The translations under genes and the position numbers were made by a program. The notes beneath the pieces were generated by a model, which worked only from the letters and a program-made list of their open reading frames with translations, was not told where the DNA came from and did no database searches. A stretch of DNA of 20,000 nt from an uncultured virus (IMG/VR IMGVR_UViG_3300048930_001331) (lineage: Duplodnaviria; Heunggongvirae; Uroviricota; Caudoviricetes): IMG/VR virus record IMGVR_UViG_3300048930_001331, one strand, 5' to 3'. Shown in pieces: positions 15,125 to 20,000 of this stretch. Position 1 is the first letter of the stretch; every line of letters begins with the position of its first letter.

Positions 15125-15297
15125 TCGACCGTCAGCATGGGAGGGTGATCATTGACTGCGATGTCTGTGACGACACTTTCGAGGGTCAGAGGGGTGAGGA
15201 GTTCGAATCGGTCTGGGCCGGCGCAAGACGCGAAGGATGGACTACCCGCAAGATCGCGAATGAATGGCTGCACGCCTGTCCGGGGTGCAAGCTTTAA
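15121..15297 (+). CDS. Small zinc-ribbon protein (58 aa)
   Basis: MIDRQHGRVIIDCDVCDDTFEG..ARREGW..WLHACPGCKL; CxxC..CxxC; ATGA coupled; not in the ORF track. Confidence 0.75.
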   Translation: MIDRQHGRVIIDCDVCDDTFEGQRGEEFESVWAGARREGWTTRKIANEWLHACPGCKL

Positions 15298-15335
15298 TGT
15301 GAACGCAGCGTTGCCGCGCTGCCAAGAGGAAAGAA

Positions 15336-15842
15336 ATGTCAGGATCACTCAACAAGGTTCAGCTCATCGGCAATCTGGGTAAGGACCCGGAGATTCGCCG
15401 CACTCAGGACGGCCGACCGATCGCCAACTTCAGCATCGCGACAAGCGAGACTTGGCGCGACAAAGACTCGGGCGAGCGCAAAGAACGCACGCACTGGCAC
15501 CGCGTCGTCGTCTTCAACGAGGGCCTCTGCAAGGTCATCGAGCAGTACGTGAAGAAGGGCTCGAAGGTCTACGTCGAAGGCGCGCTCCAGACCCGCAAGT
15601 GGACAGATAAAGACGGGGCCGACCGATATTCGACCGAGGTCGTGCTGCAAGGATTCCAGGCACAGCTCGTGATGCTGAGCAAAGCCGGTAGCGGTGGCGC
15701 GAGCAGCGAGGACGATTACGGCACCACGCGCACGCGCGACGACTTCGGTAGCAGCGGACGCAAGCCCGCGACGGTCGGCGGCGGCGGCTACGGCGGCGGC
15801 AGCATGGATGATGAGATTCCTTTTGCTCCGGAGTTCCGCTGA
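15336..15842 (+). CDS. ssb: Single-stranded DNA-binding protein
   Basis: MSGSLNKVQLIGNLGKDPEIR..ATSETWRDK..KKGSKVYVEGALQTRKWTD..MDDEIPFAPEFR. Confidence 0.97.
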   Translation: MSGSLNKVQLIGNLGKDPEIRRTQDGRPIANFSIATSETWRDKDSGERKERTHWHRVVVFNEGLCKVIEQYVKKGSKVYVEGALQTRKWTDKDGADRYSTEVVLQGFQAQLVMLSKAGSGGASSEDDYGTTRTRDDFGSSGRKPATVGGGGYGGGSMDDEIPFAPEFR

Positions 15843-16252
15843 TGCCACGCCCAGAACAGTGGCGCATTGTTCCGAGTGTCCCTGGCGTGTTGGTGTCTGA
15901 TCGGGGGCGATTTCTCATCATCCCAAAGATCGGGGCAGTCCCAAACGGTGGCGTTCGACACTACTCAGGCGTAGCGCGGAGAGGATCGTGGACCGGATCG
16001 CGGTACATTTTCCGCTTCAATGGCAAGACCTACAAGGTAGCAAGGTTGGTCTGCGAGGCCTTCAACGGGCCGCCACCGTTCGACGGCGCTGTGTGTATGC
16101 ACGGCGACGAGGATGGTCGAAACAATACGCCAACGAACCTCAAGTGGGGCACTCAGAAGGAAAATCTGAATGCGCCGGGCTTCATTGCTTATTGCCGAAG
16201 CAGGATCGGTGAGGCCAGCCCCACAGTCAAAGCGAGAAGGGCGTCGGCATGA
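15842..16252 (+). CDS. NUMOD4/HNH-type endonuclease
   Basis: EQWRIVP..VSDRGR, KVARLVCEAFNGPPP..CMHGDEDGRNNTPTNLKWGTQKEN. Confidence 0.85.
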   Translation: MPRPEQWRIVPSVPGVLVSDRGRFLIIPKIGAVPNGGVRHYSGVARRGSWTGSRYIFRFNGKTYKVARLVCEAFNGPPPFDGAVCMHGDEDGRNNTPTNLKWGTQKENLNAPGFIAYCRSRIGEASPTVKARRASA

Positions 16253-16413
16253 TCAGACGAATCGAACGCGAGTGCCGCTCGCTCCGCTCCGAGATCGCAA
16301 TGCTGGAGGCGCGCTACGACCAGCATTTTCCCCCAGCCATTTACGCGCAACTTGAGCGTCTGAGACGCCAGCTCGCATGGGCCGAGCATCAAGCCCAGAA
16401 GGAGAGAGCATGA
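16249..16413 (+). CDS. Small helical hypothetical protein (54 aa)
   Basis: MIRRIERECRSLRSEIAMLEARYDQHFPPAIYAQLERLRRQLAWAEHQAQKERA; ATGA overlaps at both ends; not in the ORF track. Confidence 0.65.
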   Translation: MIRRIERECRSLRSEIAMLEARYDQHFPPAIYAQLERLRRQLAWAEHQAQKERA

Positions 16414-16643
16414 ACCAGGAAGCAACCCAGCAGGAACAACAGCTGCACGAAGCCTATCAGGACGCGCAGGACGGTGCTGAGATCCTCACTGTCGCGATCG
16501 AGATCGCGATCCCGGTGAAGGAAGGGGGCCATACCGTCCTGAGCGCGATGGAGGCCTGCAAGGGCATCATCGAGTCCTGCAAGACGCTTGGTGTAACCAA
16601 GGCTGATCTTAAGCTCGGCCGCAGATGGCTGCCGATGGCATGA
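16410..16643 (+). CDS. Hypothetical protein
   Basis: ATG 16410 after AAGGAG; ATGA coupling to next gene. Confidence 0.7.
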   Translation: MNQEATQQEQQLHEAYQDAQDGAEILTVAIEIAIPVKEGGHTVLSAMEACKGIIESCKTLGVTKADLKLGRRWLPMA

Positions 16644-17032
16644 CACAGCATCGCAATAACAAGGGGTGGATTGGGTGCGATCTGGACGGCACCCTCGCCC
16701 ACTACGATCACTGGCGCGGCGTCGAACACGTCGGCGCGCCGATCTGGCCAATGGTCACAAGAGTGAAGGACTGGCTCGCAACCGGCTATCGCGTGAAGAT
16801 TTTCACCGCGAGGGTCTACGGCGTCACCGGCGCGGAGCTTACCGCTGTTGTCGGGCCAATCGTCAAATTCCTGCACTCGGTCGGTTTGCCGACGCTCGAC
16901 ATCACCTGCGTGAAAGACTTTCACATGATCGAGCTTTGGGACGATCGCGCCGTGCAGGTCATTCCGAACACCGGACGCACCATCGCTGACGAGCTGGCGT
17001 CGGAGCGGTCAGCTCGCGCGGGGACACCCTGA
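16640..17032 (+). CDS. HAD-superfamily hydrolase (polynucleotide phosphatase-like)
   Basis: WIGCDLDGTLA (DxDGT), KIFTAR, CVK, LWDDRA. Confidence 0.82.
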   Translation: MTQHRNNKGWIGCDLDGTLAHYDHWRGVEHVGAPIWPMVTRVKDWLATGYRVKIFTARVYGVTGAELTAVVGPIVKFLHSVGLPTLDITCVKDFHMIELWDDRAVQVIPNTGRTIADELASERSARAGTP

Positions 17033-17283
17033 TGCGCAACAAGCACGGAGGCGCTTGCTATCGCTGCGGTCGCTGGGTTGCTCCCGGCACGGGGCATTTC
17101 GAGCGCCGCCGTGGCGGCTGGCGGGTTCAGCACGCCCTGCACGCCGGCCGAGGCGCGGTGACGTGCGAGATGGCAGCTCCGACCGCCGAAACGGTCATCA
17201 TGTACGAGAGCGATCTTCTGGCGGCGCATCAGCATCAACACGAGCGAGATCATGGGCACAAAAAACAATCCAGGAAAGTATGA
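17032..17283 (+). CDS. Hypothetical protein with CxxC N-terminus
   Basis: MRNKHGGACYRCGRWVAPGTGHFER..WRVQHA; TGATG coupling. Confidence 0.65.
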   Translation: MRNKHGGACYRCGRWVAPGTGHFERRRGGWRVQHALHAGRGAVTCEMAAPTAETVIMYESDLLAAHQHQHERDHGHKKQSRKV

Positions 17284-17665
17284 TTGCTACGCCAACGCCC
17301 TGCCGGACGAACCGATGTTCGTCCTGCTGGCGCGCGATCCGGACTTCGAGCGGCTCGTGAATCTCTGGGCAGATCGGCGCGAGGCTGATGTCCGATGCGG
17401 CAACCGGCCCCCGAGCGACATGGCGCTCGTCCAAGAGGCTCGAATGTGCGCGATCAAGGGCGCCGGCTGGCGCTTCGACAATAACGGGAGATGGCGGTCG
17501 CCTCAGCACATTGATGTCGTGTTCGACGCGCCACCTGGACCTCAAGGCGGGAGATTTATCGAGGTCGAGGATGCGACCGGGAGAAGCATCTGCGCCGGCG
17601 AGTGGTTCAAGCGACTGGATGGTAATTGGGCTCTGCGGATATCGATCAGCACGAGGGCAAAATGA
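17252..17665 (+). CDS. Phage hypothetical protein, apparently two-module
   Basis: MGTKNNPGKYDCYANALPDEPMFVLLARDP N-terminus; DVVFDAPPGPQGGRFIEVED..GEW C-terminus. Confidence 0.75.
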   Translation: MGTKNNPGKYDCYANALPDEPMFVLLARDPDFERLVNLWADRREADVRCGNRPPSDMALVQEARMCAIKGAGWRFDNNGRWRSPQHIDVVFDAPPGPQGGRFIEVEDATGRSICAGEWFKRLDGNWALRISISTRAK

Positions 17666-17940
17666 GGATCGAACTTCCAAAGCCCGTCGATCTGCGCCGT
17701 GGCGTCGAGCCAGAGGTCGGAATGGTCTACCAGAACCCGCACGGCCGACCGTTCTACAAGCTCATCGTCGGCATGGCCGAGGTTCGCAAATTCAATCGAG
17801 TCGTGATGATCCACGTCAACGCCATGGGTGAGGTGGTCGGCTGCTCGCAGTCGCCCGTCACCTATGTGCGGGATCATCATGATCTCGTCGGCCGAGTGAA
17901 GGACATGCCGTCGCTCAAGATCGAGTGGAACAGGCGATGA
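17662..17940 (+). CDS. Hypothetical protein
   Basis: ATG 17662 after GAGG, ATGA coupled at both ends. Confidence 0.7.
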   Translation: MRIELPKPVDLRRGVEPEVGMVYQNPHGRPFYKLIVGMAEVRKFNRVVMIHVNAMGEVVGCSQSPVTYVRDHHDLVGRVKDMPSLKIEWNRR

Positions 17941-18425
17941 TGGATGCAATCAAAGCGCTTTGCGAAGACGGATTCAGCGTTGCGACGCACGGCAAAGCCG
18001 TCCGCAGATTAGTCGCGCAGAGCGCCGATCTCGTGGCGCCCACCGTCGAGTATCTACTCGATCGTCACCACATTGAGATGCGGAAGCCGTTCTCAATGTC
18101 TCACGACATACTCGCTCTTGCGCTGGACCTCGCGCACCGGAAGGCCCTCCCGGCATCGGTTGAGCGCCGCCTTGTCGTGACCGCGGCTCACGCTGGGTTC
18201 ATCGGGCGCTTTCCCGACATCACGATGGAGCGCTTCGGCCGGCAACCGAATGTGGAGGAAGTAACGCTTCTCCTGCGCTCGGAAATCCGCAAAACCGGGT
18301 CTCAGTCCCTCGATAGCCAGCGCAAGATCGTCGCGATGGCGGCAGACTGTATGTCTCCCGAGGGGGTTGCGAACGTCGAAAAGGCGTTCAGTGACTTCAA
18401 CGACAAATTCCGATCGCTGGATTAG
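17937..18425 (+). CDS. Hypothetical protein
   Basis: ATGA coupling at 17937; ~162 aa open frame in operon orientation. Confidence 0.65.
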   Translation: MMDAIKALCEDGFSVATHGKAVRRLVAQSADLVAPTVEYLLDRHHIEMRKPFSMSHDILALALDLAHRKALPASVERRLVVTAAHAGFIGRFPDITMERFGRQPNVEEVTLLLRSEIRKTGSQSLDSQRKIVAMAADCMSPEGVANVEKAFSDFNDKFRSLD

Positions 18426-18428
18426 CCG

Positions 18429-18731
18429 ATGCCATACCCCAGCGGCGGAAATATCGGAGCATCATTCCGGAGGTTGAGTGAGATCGCCGCCGACTGCGAG
18501 CATTTGCGCCGCGAGGCGGTTGAAATACTGGATGGCATTCGCCCAGCGCTCATCGGTCAGCGCGTCTATCGCTATGGCCGTATGTGGCAGATCGTGACGG
18601 CGCGAGTCTCGAGCACCGGGGCTATCACCTGCTATGGCGTGACTGTCAGCCGGCGGGGAAAGGTCGGCACGCGCGGCTTCGACCTGGGGCGCCTTGCTGA
18701 TTGCGACTTTATTGACGAGCCGGGGCAATGA
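18429..18731 (+). CDS. Hypothetical protein
   Basis: Starts 3 nt after the previous stop; ATGA overlap with next gene. Confidence 0.65.
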   Translation: MPYPSGGNIGASFRRLSEIAADCEHLRREAVEILDGIRPALIGQRVYRYGRMWQIVTARVSSTGAITCYGVTVSRRGKVGTRGFDLGRLADCDFIDEPGQ

Positions 18732-18970
18732 CGAGACCGGTCAAATTCCGCCAGTCCGATGTGCGCCGCGCCATCGCGGTGGCGAAGGAATCCGGCCTAT
18801 CGATCGCGGCAATCCGGCCGGATGGAACTCTGATCACCTACGATTCCTCAAGCGCCCACCCTCTTGCCCCCGATCTTGCGCCGCGACAGGATGCTGACGA
18901 TCGTGATCTGGACGACGAGTTGGCCGAGTTCGAGGCGAGTCATGCGCGTGACACTCAAGGGCGTCGCTAA
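18728..18970 (+). CDS. Putative excisionase/recombination directionality factor
   Basis: MTRPVKFRQSDVRRAIAVAKESGL..IRPDGTL small protein overlapping the integrase start; call based on position and motif memory. Confidence 0.55.
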   Translation: MTRPVKFRQSDVRRAIAVAKESGLSIAAIRPDGTLITYDSSSAHPLAPDLAPRQDADDRDLDDELAEFEASHARDTQGRR

Positions 18971-20000
18971 ATCGAAGGCCAAGGGCCGGGTCTATTACTA
19001 CGCTTGGCGAGGTGGCCCGCGGCTTGAGGGCGAGCCTGGAAGCCCAGAATTCGTCGCCTCCTACAATCGGGCTATCGAAGCCAGCAAAGCCCCTGACGCG
19101 AGCCGATTCCGGGCCGTAGTGACCCTCTACAAGGGCAGCGACGACTTCCAGAGGCTCTCGGACACGACGAAGGCTGAATGGGCAAAATGGCTCGACCGGA
19201 TCGCTGAGTATTTTGGCGACCTGAGCACGAGGCAGTTCGACCGGCCGGAGAAAATCCGCCCCATCATCCGGAACTGGCGAAACCAGTGGTCGGACAAACC
19301 TCGCACCGCGGACTACGGAATGCAGGTGCTGTCCAGGGTCCTGTCTTTCGCAGTGGACCCATTGAGCCGGATCGCCAGCAATCCCTGCGAGGGCATCAAG
19401 CAGCTCTACAGCGGCAACCGCTCGGAGATCATCTGGACCGACGCCGACATCGATCAGCTGAAGGCTGGGGGCCCGGAGAAGCCACTCCTGCCGGAGATCG
19501 CGTTCGCGGTTGACCTCGCAGCCCACACAGGGCTGCGCCTGAGCGATTTGCTCCGCCTCTCATGGTCTCACATCAAGGACGACGCGATCGTGCTGCCTAC
19601 GGGCAAAAGCAGGGGCCGGCGCGAGGCCATCATCCCGCTCTACGACGAGCTGAGGTCCATTCTGGACCGCATCCCAAAGCGCTCGACCACCGTGCTGACC
19701 AGCAGTAAGGCGCGACCGTGGACTCCGGACGGCTTCGGATCATCCTTCAACACCGCGAAGAAGAACGCGAAGATCGGCGACTTGCATTTCCACGACCTGC
19801 GTGGCACGGCCGCGACCAAGTTCTATATCGCCGGCCTGAGCATCCGCGTGATCGCCGAAATTATGGCCTGGGATGAGGAATCGGTGAAGAAGATCATCCA
19901 TCGGTATGTCGGCCGGCAGGCCGCCACGAAGGCGATGATCGAGCAGCTCAACGAGGCCAGAAGGCGAACAAAGTCTGCAAAACCGTCTGCAAAACCGTAG
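18942..20000 (+). CDS. int: Tyrosine recombinase/phage integrase
   Basis: GRVYYYAWRGGPRL N-terminus; catalytic R (HTGLRLSD), K (TGKS), HDLR, W (IMAW), Y (HRYV); ATG 18942 after GAGG; TAG 19998-20000. Confidence 0.96.
   Translation: MRVTLKGVAKSKAKGRVYYYAWRGGPRLEGEPGSPEFVASYNRAIEASKAPDASRFRAVVTLYKGSDDFQRLSDTTKAEWAKWLDRIAEYFGDLSTRQFDRPEKIRPIIRNWRNQWSDKPRTADYGMQVLSRVLSFAVDPLSRIASNPCEGIKQLYSGNRSEIIWTDADIDQLKAGGPEKPLLPEIAFAVDLAAHTGLRLSDLLRLSWSHIKDDAIVLPTGKSRGRREAIIPLYDELRSILDRIPKRSTTVLTSSKARPWTPDGFGSSFNTAKKNAKIGDLHFHDLRGTAATKFYIAGLSIRVIAEIMAWDEESVKKIIHRYVGRQAATKAMIEQLNEARRRTKSAKPSAKP
19973..19998 (+). repeat. 12-bp tandem direct repeat, candidate integrase arm-type sites
   Basis: GTCTGCAAAACC at 19973-19984 and 19985-19996, then GT, at the 3' end of int. 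Confidence 0.65.

Larger units (their letters stand above)
1..20000. mobile_element. Temperate phage/prophage early region (immunity, replication, recombination, integration); boundaries extend beyond the window
   Basis: Divergent cI/cro switch, primase and helicase, RecE/RecT-like genes, SSB, excisionase-like gene and tyrosine integrase in lambdoid order; dense ATGA/TGATG translational coupling; no host housekeeping context. Confidence 0.95.

Noticed and set aside
15776..15800. GGC trinucleotide run
   Set aside because: Encodes the normal Gly-rich SSB linker; not a separate repeat element

Overview
GC-rich segment that reads as the early (immunity, replication, recombination, integration) half of a temperate phage or prophage, most likely of an alphaproteobacterium (rhizobial-type SSB, GcrA-like and GapR-like genes). 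A divergent cI (HTH + S24 peptidase) / cro-like switch at ~9.0-10.0 kb is flanked by five 14-bp operator-like palindromes. Leftwards (- strand) is a tightly coupled operon: CII-position HTH, GapR-like/Rmf-like fusion, RuvC-like resolvase, GcrA-like protein, amino-DNA methyltransferase with a CxxCxGxG zinc-finger insert, CHC2-Toprim primase, stand-alone NrdJ C-terminal (TSCPD-like) protein, RepA/AAA_25 helicase, dCTP deaminase, ThyX, a Q-position HTH protein and a degenerate GIY-YIG-like protein. It ends at a bidirectional terminator facing a + strand cluster (DUF932-like, metallophosphoesterase). Rightwards (+ strand) are a RecE-like PD-(D/E)XK exonuclease with a SAP-like insert, an ExoX-like nuclease, RecT, an HNH-like protein, a J-domain protein, a MazG-like protein, SSB, an HNH endonuclease, a HAD hydrolase, small hypotheticals, an excisionase-like gene and a tyrosine integrase ending at the window edge. 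No virion genes, RNA genes or CRISPR arrays were recognised. Most notable is the cluster of host cell-cycle/chromatin homologues (GapR-like, truncated GcrA, adjacent MTase). All family calls come from motif recognition by eye, not database searches.
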